46,350 nt of DNA, from NCBI GenBank assembly GCA_023267755.1, contig JAHFMR010000005.1, positions 1 through 46,350 on the forward strand, given 5' to 3'. Position 1 is the first letter of the stretch. Each line of letters starts with the position of its first letter. Below, one piece after another: positions 16,290 through 24,818 of the stretch. Under the pieces are notes generated by a model, which ran no database searches, was not told the DNA's origin, and worked only from the letters and a program-made list of their open reading frames with translations. A program made the translations under genes and the position numbers. This DNA is from a bacterium (lineage in GTDB: Bacteria; Patescibacteriota; Minisyncoccia; Phycocordibacterales; Phycocordibacteraceae).

Positions 16290-16319
16290 AGCATCTCAGT
16301 CACCTGGCTTAGCACTAGA

Positions 16320-16393
16320 TGGTGCGGGATAGGAGAATCGAACTCCTGCCTACTGCTTGGGAAGCAGTCGTCCTACCACTAAACTAATCCCGC
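16320..16393 (-). tRNA. tRNA-Gly(CCC), CCA encoded
   Basis: GCGGGAT-TA-GTTT-AGTGGTA-GGAC, anticodon loop TTCCCAA, T-arm AGGAG-TTCGATT-CTCCT, 3' ACCA. Confidence 0.95.
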
Positions 16394-16742
16394 AAAATAA
16401 CCTTTCAGTCTTCTTTTCAAATACCCTCTCCCAAATCCCGTCTTCAATTGAAGTTCTCTTTCTCGCGCATCCTTTTTGTTCAGACAGGCCTCATAGTAGA
16501 CCAAATTTATGGTATCAAACTTCTTGGTTGTGTCTACGTTTTTTGACTTATGCTTTAAGACCCGTTCTCGAAGATTGTTCGTAAAGCCTATATACAAGTC
16601 TGTTTCTAGACCTTTCTTTTTACACAATAAGACGTAGGTGTAATACATATGTTGTTCTACTCCGCCAAAAGCTCGTAGAGCATTTAGGCGGACCCGCCCC
16701 AATGGCGCTGCGCCTTTGGGCGGGCACTAAACTAATCCCGCA
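16377..16742. repeat. 18-nt perfect direct repeat (tRNA-Gly 5' end) flanking the GIY-YIG gene
   Basis: cactaaactaatcccgca occurs at 16377-16394 and 16725-16742. The distal copy is an orphan tRNA 5' fragment followed by a GC-rich hairpin (CCCGCCC...GGGCGGG). Confidence 0.9.
16379..16648 (-). CDS. small GIY-YIG nuclease family protein (UPF0213/YhbQ-like)
   Basis: MYYTYVLLC...LYIGFTNNLRERVLKH...ERELQLK. The last five codons and the TAG stop (F-A-G-L-V-stop) are encoded by the first 15 nt of tRNA-Gly. Confidence 0.85.
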   Translation of the reverse strand: MYYTYVLLCKKKGLETDLYIGFTNNLRERVLKHKSKNVDTTKKFDTINLVYYEACLNKKDARERELQLKTGFGRGYLKRRLKGYFAGLV

Positions 16743-16773
16743 TATTTCATACACAGGGCGGTCCTGTGTATTT

Positions 16774-17112
16774 TTAAAACCAACTGAGGAGCTTCTGCCA
16801 CCAGGACTGCTCTGGAGTCGCTGTGGCGACCACTGGCGGTACCACTACGATAACCTCTTCTCCCGGGCGCGCAACCCCAAAGGACGATCGGATAGCCGTC
16901 TCCTTGCCGCGCGGCGTATCGAGCGCAGCTAGGTTCGCCACGAGGGTCGCCTTACGCTTCTCGAGCTCGTTATACTGCCACTTGGCCTCGCTCGCTTGCG
17001 AGACAGCGATGTGTGCCTTCTCAAAGAGCCCCCAAATGCTTGTGGCGAGCCAGAAGGAAATAAGAAGGAGCACCCCGATCAGGAGCCCTCGCTGTGCTTG
17101 TTTGGCGCGCAT
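16774..17112 (-). CDS. septum formation initiator family protein (FtsB/DivIC-like)
   Basis: 112 aa: N-terminal TM, a coiled-coil segment, then the conserved-looking AIRSSFGVARPGEEVIVV tail. Confidence 0.7.
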   Translation of the reverse strand: MRAKQAQRGLLIGVLLLISFWLATSIWGLFEKAHIAVSQASEAKWQYNELEKRKATLVANLAALDTPRGKETAIRSSFGVARPGEEVIVVVPPVVATATPEQSWWQKLLSWF

Positions 17113-17146
17113 ACCCCCCAGTATACCGTATCTTAAAAGGCTCTGA

Positions 17147-17178
17147 TTGACAGTGGTGATACGAAGTATATACTTCGT
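17147..17178 (+). promoter_or_regulatory. sigma70-like promoter with overlapping palindromic operator for the TA operon
   Basis: TTGACA (17147-17152), 16-nt spacer, TATACT (17169-17174). A perfect 18-nt palindrome ACGAAGTATATACTTCGT (17161-17178) covers the -10. ATG lies 8 nt downstream. Confidence 0.55.
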
Positions 17179-17182
17179 CTAT

Positions 17183-17434
17183 ATGACTACCAGCGTCGTT
17201 TTCAAAATAGATGAGAAGCTGAAACAGCGTGCAATGCGCCGCGCCCACCAAGAAGGCACCACGCTTAGCGCCTTCCTTAAATCGGCCACACACGACTTCG
17301 TCTCGGGAAATCTCCGATTCGGCATCCACTCCGCAAAAGAAGAGCAGGCTGTTGACTACGCTCTCGCGACATATGAGGCAGAAAAGCGCGGTGGCAAGCT
17401 TAAGAAGTTGTCGTCGCTCTCGGCACTTGCTTAG
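17183..17434 (+). CDS. RelB/DinJ-like antitoxin
   Basis: 83 aa. The N-terminal VVFKIDEKLKQRAMRRAHQEGTTLSAFLKSA pattern is typical of DinJ/RelB-type antitoxins. It sits directly upstream of the toxin gene. Confidence 0.7.
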   Translation: MTTSVVFKIDEKLKQRAMRRAHQEGTTLSAFLKSATHDFVSGNLRFGIHSAKEEQAVDYALATYEAEKRGGKLKKLSSLSALA

Positions 17435-17439
17435 ACGGT

Positions 17440-17700
17440 ATGGAGATTCTGACTACGTCTGGATTTAGACGGAAGTTTAAGAAGCTCGGAAAAGAAATTA
17501 AAACAGCCGCTATTGAAAGAGAGCTGCTGTTTCGAGATAACCCATTCGATCCAAAACTCAAAACGCACAAATTGCACGGTAAGTACCGGCGTTACTGGGC
17601 GTTTTCCGTCACGAATACGTACCGTATTATGTTCGACTTCATTACCGAACATTCGGTCGCCTTTATTGATATCGATACGCACGATCTCTATCGAGATTAG
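17440..17700 (+). CDS. RelE/ParE-superfamily toxin (RelE/StbE/YafQ-like)
   Basis: 86 aa. FRRKFKKL...KTHKLHGKYRRYWAFSVTNTYRIMFDF...VAFIDIDTHDLY. Confidence 0.8.
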   Translation: MEILTTSGFRRKFKKLGKEIKTAAIERELLFRDNPFDPKLKTHKLHGKYRRYWAFSVTNTYRIMFDFITEHSVAFIDIDTHDLYRD

Positions 17701-17712
17701 TAACAATAACCG

Positions 17713-19509
17713 CTATTCAGCCGAGGATTGAACCATTTTCATAAAGACTTCTTCGGGAATATTCACCTTCCCTCTTCCCCGCTCGAGGAGCTTCTTCTTG
17801 CCGCGCTTCTGTTTGTCGAGGAGCTTGTTCTTGCGCGAGACGTCGCCGCCGTAGAGATAGCCAGTGACATCCTTGCGCATCGCCGAGAGCGTTCGTGAGG
17901 CGATGATACGCCCGCCCGCCCGCGCTTGTATCTTGGTCGTGAAGAGTTGTTTGGGGAGGATGGTGTGGAGCTTCTCCACCATCTTCTCCGCCTCCTCCTG
18001 CACACGCCGTGAGGCTACCACGCGTGCGAAGGCGGCCACCGGCTCATCTGCCACGAGCACATCGAGACGCACTACGTCTGCCGGACGTTCGGGGAGGAGC
18101 TCGTATGAGAGCGAGGCGTAACCGCTTGAGATATTCTTCAGCTTATCGAAGAAGCCGCGCATCAGCTCGCGTAGCGGCATCTCGACCGTCATCTTGATGC
18201 GGCCGTCCTGATACGTCTCGGTCTCGGTCGTGTTCGCCTCGTGATCGTAGAGGAGCTGCACGAGTGAGCTCACTGCCTCCGGCGGCGTGATGATGATGGC
18301 GGACGCCCAAGGCTCTTCTATCTGGATAATGTCACCGTGTTCGGGAAACTTGGCTGGCGTATAAATAATCTCGCGGGTGCCGTTGGTGCGGGTGATGACG
18401 TAGGAGATGGTTGGTATCGTCACAATAAGAGTGAGGCCGAACTCGCGGCGCAAGCGCTCGGTAATAATTTCGAGATGGAGGAGGCCGAGGAAGCCGCAAC
18501 GGAATCCTCGCCCGAGCACACCCGACGACTCTTCTTCAAACGAGAGCGAGGAGTCTGAGAGACGGAGCCTCTCGAGCGATTTCCGCAGGAGCGGGAGATC
18601 GTCTTGGCTCTCCGGATACACTGACGCCCAGACGACTGGATGTGGCCGTGCATACCCCTCAAGCGAGGGAAGTGCCCCTCTCGCCTCGCCGATAGTGTCG
18701 CCCACGGCAACAACGCCCGCTTCCTTAATGCCCGTAACGATATAGCCTATTTCTCCCGCCGAGAGAGAGTCAGCGGGCGTCTCGCCAGGAGTGAAGATGC
18801 CCGTCTCAAGCGCAATAAAATCTTTCCCCGCCGCGTGGAAGGTGAGCGACTGCCCTTTCTTAAACGTGCCGTCGAAGACACGTAAGTAGACGGCAATGCC
18901 GCGGTGCGTGGAGTAGGAGAAGTCGAAGATAAGCCCACGCGGTTCGCCACTCGCCGAGAGCGAGGCGCGCGGCGGGGGGACATTTTTAACAATCGCCTCA
19001 AGCAGCTCGTCGATGCCCGCACCCGTCTTCCCAGACACGGCGAGCACCGTGTCGGGCGAGACATCGAGCAGCTTCGCGAGCTCGGCCTTCACCTCTGCTG
19101 GGCGCGCGGCGGGCGAATCTATCTTCGATACAATCGGGATAATCGTGCATCCCTGTGCTCTAGCCATCGCGAGCGTGGTGAGCGTCTGTGCCTGCACGCC
19201 CTGCGTCGAGTCGACTAGAAGCAAGACTCCCTCGACCGCATGGAGCGCGCGCGACACCTCGTAGGAGAAGTCGATATGACCGGGCGTGTCGATAAGATTC
19301 AAAACGTAGTCGCCATAGCGCATACGCACTGGCTGCATCTTAATCGTGATGCCGCGCTCGCGCTCCAGGTCCATACGATCGAGCACCTGATCGCGCATCA
19401 TACGCTCCGGAATAGTGCCCGTGCGCTCGAGCAAGCGGTCAGCCAAGGTCGACTTGCCGTGGTCGACGTGCGCGATAATTGAGAAGTTGCGGATGAGTTT
19501 CGGGTTCAC
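17713..19509 (-). CDS. lepA: elongation factor 4
   Basis: IRNFSIIAHVDHGKSTLADRLL, DTPGHIDF and a LepA C-terminal domain. GTG start overlapping the murJ stop (GTGA). Confidence 0.97.
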   Translation of the reverse strand: MNPKLIRNFSIIAHVDHGKSTLADRLLERTGTIPERMMRDQVLDRMDLERERGITIKMQPVRMRYGDYVLNLIDTPGHIDFSYEVSRALHAVEGVLLLVDSTQGVQAQTLTTLAMARAQGCTIIPIVSKIDSPAARPAEVKAELAKLLDVSPDTVLAVSGKTGAGIDELLEAIVKNVPPPRASLSASGEPRGLIFDFSYSTHRGIAVYLRVFDGTFKKGQSLTFHAAGKDFIALETGIFTPGETPADSLSAGEIGYIVTGIKEAGVVAVGDTIGEARGALPSLEGYARPHPVVWASVYPESQDDLPLLRKSLERLRLSDSSLSFEEESSGVLGRGFRCGFLGLLHLEIITERLRREFGLTLIVTIPTISYVITRTNGTREIIYTPAKFPEHGDIIQIEEPWASAIIITPPEAVSSLVQLLYDHEANTTETETYQDGRIKMTVEMPLRELMRGFFDKLKNISSGYASLSYELLPERPADVVRLDVLVADEPVAAFARVVASRRVQEEAEKMVEKLHTILPKQLFTTKIQARAGGRIIASRTLSAMRKDVTGYLYGGDVSRKNKLLDKQKRGKKKLLERGRGKVNIPEEVFMKMVQSSAE

Positions 19510-21182
19510 GGTTGTATCGGTTCTTCGGCGCTTGGCGCGAGTACTACGGGATTCCCCTTCTGCAAGAGTTTGCCGAGTGCACTCGTCACGATGCGAAATT
19601 CTTCATTCTCCACCACGTAGAGCGCGAGCGCCGCGGCAACAAGACCCGCGACACCCGCGACAAATCCCTGTAGGAAGACCGCCATCAGCGTTGTGAGCGG
19701 CGCAATGCCTCCTTCAAGAGTGAGCACTACGTACGTCGCGATACCTCCCGCGATGGCAGCGAGGGTTCCGTCGAAAAGAGGTCGGATGAGCGTCTTAGCC
19801 AGACCGCGAGAAACACTCCAGAGCGCGAGTAGTGAGAGGAGTGCGAGGAATACTTGCCCGACTGTGGCCGCGAGCGCGACCAGGAGGACTGCTGTCCCTG
19901 ACACGTCGCCGACCTTCAAGACATCGGCGAGCATTGTGGGGAATCCTTGTGTTGGCAGAGAGAGGAACCACGCTGCGACGCCGATAGTGAGCGCTCCTCC
20001 GAGAACCTGATAGATGAACGGCCGCCACGACTGGTGCACGGCGTAGAGCGCCCGCGAGAAGAGGAGCACCAACCCTTGAGCGACGAGACTCACCGCGAGC
20101 GTCGCGAGAAGTGCTGCGGTGAGTCTTGTGGCATTCCAGTCGAATGCGCCTGTGCCAAGGATGACACGCACGAGATGCGCGCGAAGCACCACGATGAGTC
20201 CGAGCGCCACGAGCGACCAGAGAATCACATGTCGCGCACTTGCGGAGAGGATGCCGGTGAATTCTTCGCGGCGCTCGAGCGCAGACGCTTCCGAGAGCGC
20301 TGGGAACGCCGCCACCGCGTAGGAGGCACCGATAAGACCAAGCGGGACCGCTTCCAAGTTGCTTGCAAAGGTGAATACGGAGATAGCCCCTGTCCCCACT
20401 CTTGAGGCGAGCGCAGTGAGCACGAGCATCGTTATTGAACCCATCCCGAGCGCGAGTGAGCGCGGGACCGAATCACGAACCACGCTCGCCATCAGCTTCC
20501 ACGTGGGGGCACAAAGCCGCGGCATCACCCCTGCCTCGAGTACCACCGGGATATTCACTGCCAGGTAGGCAATCGCCCCAATAATAACGCCTACTCCGAT
20601 GCCCGGCAGTCCCCAGAGCGGATAGAAGAAGATGGTGCCAAGGATGATGCCAAGATTGTAGAGCACTGGCGAAATAGCGAAGAGGGTGAAGCGTCGATGC
20701 ACCTGCGTGACGCTCCCGAGGATACCGGAGAGTCCGAGCAGGATGGGTTGTATGAGCAGCATACGCGCAAGCAGTACGAACTCGGCTTGCTGTGGCGAGG
20801 CCGCGAGGTCCGGATACAGGAATCCAAGGAATTGTGGCATAAAGACTGCGAGCACCACGCAGATAGCCCCACCAAGACCGAAGAGGAAGGATGCCGATTC
20901 GGAGAGCAATCGTCGCGTCGCGTCCCTATCCATACCTGTGATGCGCGGGATAATGACATACGCGCTCACGAGTGAAGAGACGAGCGCGAAGACGAGATCG
21001 GGAACGCGGAACGCCGCGTAGTAGAGATCGAGTGTCTGCCCTGCTCCAAAGGAATGCGCGAAGGTGCGGTCCCGTAGGAGCGCGAGCGCCTGCGACGCGA
21101 GCGTGAGTGCAGCAAGCAAGTACGCGGCCTGATGCAGGCCGCGTACCGGTGCCGCGATGCGTTCGAATAGTCGCCGAACCAT
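19506..21182 (-). CDS. murJ: lipid II flippase MurJ/MviN
   Basis: 558 aa with about 14 TM segments. The N-terminal LLRDRTFAHSFGAGQTLDLYYAAFRVPDLVF signature is typical of MurJ. Confidence 0.9.
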   Translation of the reverse strand: MVRRLFERIAAPVRGLHQAAYLLAALTLASQALALLRDRTFAHSFGAGQTLDLYYAAFRVPDLVFALVSSLVSAYVIIPRITGMDRDATRRLLSESASFLFGLGGAICVVLAVFMPQFLGFLYPDLAASPQQAEFVLLARMLLIQPILLGLSGILGSVTQVHRRFTLFAISPVLYNLGIILGTIFFYPLWGLPGIGVGVIIGAIAYLAVNIPVVLEAGVMPRLCAPTWKLMASVVRDSVPRSLALGMGSITMLVLTALASRVGTGAISVFTFASNLEAVPLGLIGASYAVAAFPALSEASALERREEFTGILSASARHVILWSLVALGLIVVLRAHLVRVILGTGAFDWNATRLTAALLATLAVSLVAQGLVLLFSRALYAVHQSWRPFIYQVLGGALTIGVAAWFLSLPTQGFPTMLADVLKVGDVSGTAVLLVALAATVGQVFLALLSLLALWSVSRGLAKTLIRPLFDGTLAAIAGGIATYVVLTLEGGIAPLTTLMAVFLQGFVAGVAGLVAAALALYVVENEEFRIVTSALGKLLQKGNPVVLAPSAEEPIQP

Positions 21183-21207
21183 CGCTTTAGTATACTCTTT
21201 TCGTCCT

Positions 21208-23577
21208 TTATTTCACTGGTGCGGGAGAAGCGGAGAGGAGGTTCGCCGGGAAGGGATTCTTTCCTGCCTTAAGCGCTGCGAGCTGTGACTCTACCGCCTT
21301 GGCGTTGTCAGCGGACATGTCAGAGATTGCCTGCATCTGCACGAGCGCATTGGTCAGATCACCCTGCTTCGCGTAGATAGCCGAGAGGAAGTACCGTGCG
21401 TTCGCGAACTGCGGATTCGCTGCCACCGCGGCGGCGAGCGCCGCACCGGCATTCGCCATATCGTTCTGAGCCGCATACAGGATACCCACCTGGAAGAGGA
21501 TGTTTGGGTTATTCGGGGTGAAGTAGGCGGCTGCGAGTGCGGAAGTAAGCGCGTCCTTCACGTTGCCGTCCTGCACCTCGAGCTTGGAGAGGAGGAAGAT
21601 TGCTTCGGTGTAGTCCTGTTTGAGGGTGATAGCTGCCTTGAGGTCATCCTGCGCCGCTTTGGTGTCCTTGTTCGCGATATCAAGCTGCGCGAGTGTGTAC
21701 GGAATCTGTGGATTCGTCGGGTTCAGTGCTGCTGCCTTGTTGTAGGCCGTCTTCGCGCTGTCGTAGGCACCAGCCACGCCAAGCGGTACCGCCTGTGCGT
21801 AGAGATTGCCGAGCGCGAGCCAGCTCTGATAATCAGATGGATTGAGGTTCGTTGCGGTAAGGGCGGCATTAATACCGGACGAGAGTGCTGCCTGGTAAGC
21901 CTTCTGCGCTGTTGTTCTGTCCATCGTTGTGGAGACTGCAATCTGGTTGAGGCGCGCATTTGCGATGCCTGCCTGCACCTGATACGCCATCGCCGACGGA
22001 GCGAAGGAGATTGCGCTCTGTACCGACTGATCAGCCTGATCAAGATTGCCTGCTCCGGCAGCGGTCACCGCGTTTGCAAGCGTCGTCGCGGCGACATAGC
22101 GCCCAACGAGTGTGTACGCAGCAACCACTGATGCGAGCAAGAGGATTGTCAGAGAGAACACAATGACGAAGCCGAGTCGCGGACTACGCGAGAAGATAAT
22201 TCCCCGCTGCTCACCGTTGGTAGCAAAGCGCGTTGTGGAGATGAAGAATCCTGCGAAGACAAAAGCGAGCGCGAGAACAATCGTTCCCGGAAGATCGAAG
22301 AACGCGATTGCGAGGAGGTAGACCGTCCCCACAAACGTGGTGATAGCGACATAGCGCGTGAACGCGTCCTGCGGCGCGCGACGCACCAACATACGTATAC
22401 CGAGTCCGATAAGGAGCCCAATGAGTGCGAGCCATGCGAGTCCGCCCACGATACCGGTCGTCACGAGCGAGGTGGGAATAAAGCCAATACCCGAGGTGAA
22501 ATCAATATTCCAGAAGACGGTCGAGTTGAGCGATGCTTCACGGTACTTGAGCCACTCCACCCCGAAAGTGCTCGGGCCCGAACCGAAGACTGGCGAGGTG
22601 CTGTAGGTCTTACCCACGGCCGAGAAGGTCGACTGCCAAGATGGGCGGACATTTAGCAGATTCACATGGAGTGAGTTCGCGAGTGCACCGCTGAGGGTCC
22701 CGCCGATGAGGAAGAAGAGTGAGACAGCTAATATCGCGAGTGGGAGGACGAGCGAGTGATTCCCCTCGTCTGACTCAACCGGGGCTTCGCTCATAACAAT
22801 CGCCTCGTCGAGATCGCTATCGCCGGCCTTCGAGCCTCGGCGCATTATCGACTCGACAAAGAGGCCGAGCGATACGAGTGCGAGCAATACCCACACGAGC
22901 GATGCATTCGCCACTGCGAGCAAGAAGAGTGCTCCGACGACGCTTGCGAGGAGCAGACGGCGTGCACGACCCGATATTTCGACAAACCGAAGAGCTATAA
23001 GCACGCTGATGATGCCAAGTCCGAGAATGAAGGCAAGGTCATTGAAGGAGCCTATGACCGAGAATGAGGGCGAAACGATGTTTGGAGCGAACTGGCCTCC
23101 GATAACCGCGAGAAGCTCCACGAGCGTGAGGATGCCAAACGCGTAGGCGCTCGCCTTGAGGAACGAGCGATACTGTTCCGGGCGGCGGAGTGTGAGTGCG
23201 GTGAGTGTCCCGAGCACTGCGGCAATGAGCATAAAGCCGAGCGTATCTGGCTCGAGCGCCGCACCCCAGAGAGCATTATTGAACGAAACACCAGAAAAGG
23301 TTGCCGAGAGTGCATACGCGATAACCGGGAGCCAGAGCACGCCGAGAAGCATCGAGGATGGGTAAATAACATTACCGCGTCCAAGCCGCGCGAGGATATA
23401 AAGCGCGAGTGTGATAAGCGCCCCTGCACCGAGGATAAAGGTCTTCGTCGTTGGAAGCGCGGTCGAAAGCGACGGAGTAATGATAAATACAGCGGCAGCG
23501 ATTGTGGCGAAGAGCGCACCGATGCTGATAGTGTCGAGCGAACGGCGACGTGGAGCAACTGCAGATTGCGGAGGCAT
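21208..23577 (-). CDS. O-antigen ligase-like (Wzy_C) polytopic membrane protein with C-terminal TPR repeats
   Basis: 789 aa. The N-terminal two thirds are polytopic. The C-terminus carries repeated TPR-like A..Y..AL.L.P units. Confidence 0.85.
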   Translation of the reverse strand: MPPQSAVAPRRRSLDTISIGALFATIAAAVFIITPSLSTALPTTKTFILGAGALITLALYILARLGRGNVIYPSSMLLGVLWLPVIAYALSATFSGVSFNNALWGAALEPDTLGFMLIAAVLGTLTALTLRRPEQYRSFLKASAYAFGILTLVELLAVIGGQFAPNIVSPSFSVIGSFNDLAFILGLGIISVLIALRFVEISGRARRLLLASVVGALFLLAVANASLVWVLLALVSLGLFVESIMRRGSKAGDSDLDEAIVMSEAPVESDEGNHSLVLPLAILAVSLFFLIGGTLSGALANSLHVNLLNVRPSWQSTFSAVGKTYSTSPVFGSGPSTFGVEWLKYREASLNSTVFWNIDFTSGIGFIPTSLVTTGIVGGLAWLALIGLLIGLGIRMLVRRAPQDAFTRYVAITTFVGTVYLLAIAFFDLPGTIVLALAFVFAGFFISTTRFATNGEQRGIIFSRSPRLGFVIVFSLTILLLASVVAAYTLVGRYVAATTLANAVTAAGAGNLDQADQSVQSAISFAPSAMAYQVQAGIANARLNQIAVSTTMDRTTAQKAYQAALSSGINAALTATNLNPSDYQSWLALGNLYAQAVPLGVAGAYDSAKTAYNKAAALNPTNPQIPYTLAQLDIANKDTKAAQDDLKAAITLKQDYTEAIFLLSKLEVQDGNVKDALTSALAAAYFTPNNPNILFQVGILYAAQNDMANAGAALAAAVAANPQFANARYFLSAIYAKQGDLTNALVQMQAISDMSADNAKAVESQLAALKAGKNPFPANLLSASPAPVK

Positions 23578-23668
23578 AATGATATAAATAATTATCTAAA
23601 TAATGCTAATAGTTTTCACTGTACTCCAAATCTCTTACTAGAAATTTCGTTATCCACACAATATCTCT

Positions 23669-23727
23669 AGGTGTCACCTTGCGATTATTTTATATTCTAT
23701 TGACTCCGCGAGGTGACACCTTATAAT
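23669..23727 (+). promoter_or_regulatory. sigma70-like promoter interlaced with a 15-nt inverted repeat upstream of the Y1-transposase-like gene
   Basis: TTGACT (23700-23705), 16-nt spacer, TATAAT (23722-23727), and the ATG 6 nt later. IR arms are AGGTGTCACCTTGCG (23669-23683) and CGCGAGGTGACACCT (23707-23721), with 1 mismatch. The right arm fills the spacer. Confidence 0.6.
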
Positions 23728-23733
23728 TGAACC

Positions 23734-24396
23734 ATGAAGAGAGATGCCCCATTTAAAACTGGTGAATGGTATCACTGCTATAACCAGAGTATTGAGGGGC
23801 GTTCAGCTTTTGTTGATTCTCAAGATTACTTTCGTTTTCTTGAGCTCCTCTACTTGGCAAATGATGAATGGCCACTACGTCGTAATGATATAGGTATACG
23901 AAAATTTGAAGAGGTCTTGAACCTTCCACGGAACAAGAAACTTGTTGCTATCGGCGCATTCTGTCTGATGACAGATAATTTTCACTTAGTATTACAGGAG
24001 ACTACCGAAGGAGGTATTACTGCCTTTATGCGGAAAATAGGGACGGCGTATACACTCTATTTCAACACACGGCATAAGCGAGTGGGGAATCTATTCCTTA
24101 AACCCTTCCGATCCCGTCATGCCACTCCTGACTCCATCCTCGACCTCGTCACCTACGTACACGCCAACCCAGCAAAACTCTATGAGCCAGAATGGAAGAA
24201 TAATCATGTTGTGGATCCTCAATTCCTTGAAGAACACTTGATTTCCTATCCATATTCAAGCCTTGGAGCCTATACTGGCACACGTACGCCAAATACTCTT
24301 ATTTTGGATGAGCAAATACAATCTGCAACACGAATTTCGCTACAGAAAATGCTCCAAGGAGCTCGGCGCTATTCTGCTAATTCTGGCATATTCTAA
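23734..24396 (+). CDS. IS200/IS605-type Y1 (HUH) transposase homolog, RayT-like
   Basis: 220 aa. LMTDNFHLVLQE (HUH position), YFNTRHKRVGNLF, YVHANPAK (Tyr motif). AT-richer than the core. No second copy or clear right-end hairpin seen. Confidence 0.8.
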   Translation: MKRDAPFKTGEWYHCYNQSIEGRSAFVDSQDYFRFLELLYLANDEWPLRRNDIGIRKFEEVLNLPRNKKLVAIGAFCLMTDNFHLVLQETTEGGITAFMRKIGTAYTLYFNTRHKRVGNLFLKPFRSRHATPDSILDLVTYVHANPAKLYEPEWKNNHVVDPQFLEEHLISYPYSSLGAYTGTRTPNTLILDEQIQSATRISLQKMLQGARRYSANSGIF

Positions 24397-24424
24397 CCCC
24401 ATTCTTCTTATAGTTCGGCAAATG

Positions 24425-24433
24425 TGGTATAGT
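24425..24433 (+). promoter_or_regulatory. extended -10 promoter (TGgTATAGT) for RNase P RNA
   Basis: Box lies about 6 nt upstream of the inferred P1 5' strand. Confidence 0.5.
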
Positions 24434-24438
24434 GTCTG

Positions 24439-24785
24439 GCAGACCAGGCTAGACGGTCGCTCTTGTCCGCCGCCGCAAGGCTTTGGCGTGACGAGGGAGG
24501 AAAGTCCGAACATACTTCCCTACCCTTGGGTAGGAAAATAGGTAGCGGGTAACGCCCGTCGTTCGTGAGGATAGAGGTGACCACAGTGACGCCAACGGCG
24601 AGAGCCCGAGGCTCCCTTCGGGGAGAATCCTGTCGAGAGACAGGGGTGCAACGAACAAATCCTTACCCGTATGCAAGGCCGTGTCCCGCTTCTAGCGGGA
24701 AGTGCCGCTCGATCCCGCTAGCAATGGCGGGACCAGATAAATGATCGTCCACGACAGAATTCGGCTTATCGGCCTGGTCTAACAC
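24439..24785 (+). ncRNA. rnpB: RNase P RNA, bacterial type A
   Basis: P1 pairing AGACCAGGC (24441-24449) with GCCTGGTCT (24772-24780). Conserved P4 strands GAGGAAAGTCCG and ACAGAATTCGGCTTAT are present. Confidence 0.9.
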
Positions 24786-24788
24786 ATG

Positions 24789-24818
24789 CAAACACCCACG
24801 CTCCTGCGTGGGTGTTTG
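24789..24818 (+). terminator. 13-bp hairpin terminator after rnpB
   Basis: CAAACACCCACGC-tcct-GCGTGGGTGTTTG followed by CTTTGCT. Confidence 0.65.

Noticed and set aside
23650-23658. Perfect DnaA-box 9-mers TTATCCACA at 23650-23658 and at 14666-14674, as a possible oriC.
   Set aside because: They are single isolated boxes 9 kb apart. There is no cluster, no AT-rich unwinding repeats and no dnaA/dnaN nearby. Two hits in 46 kb on two strands is only mildly above chance. One could be a DnaA regulatory site near the glutaredoxin-like promoter, but that is unsupported.
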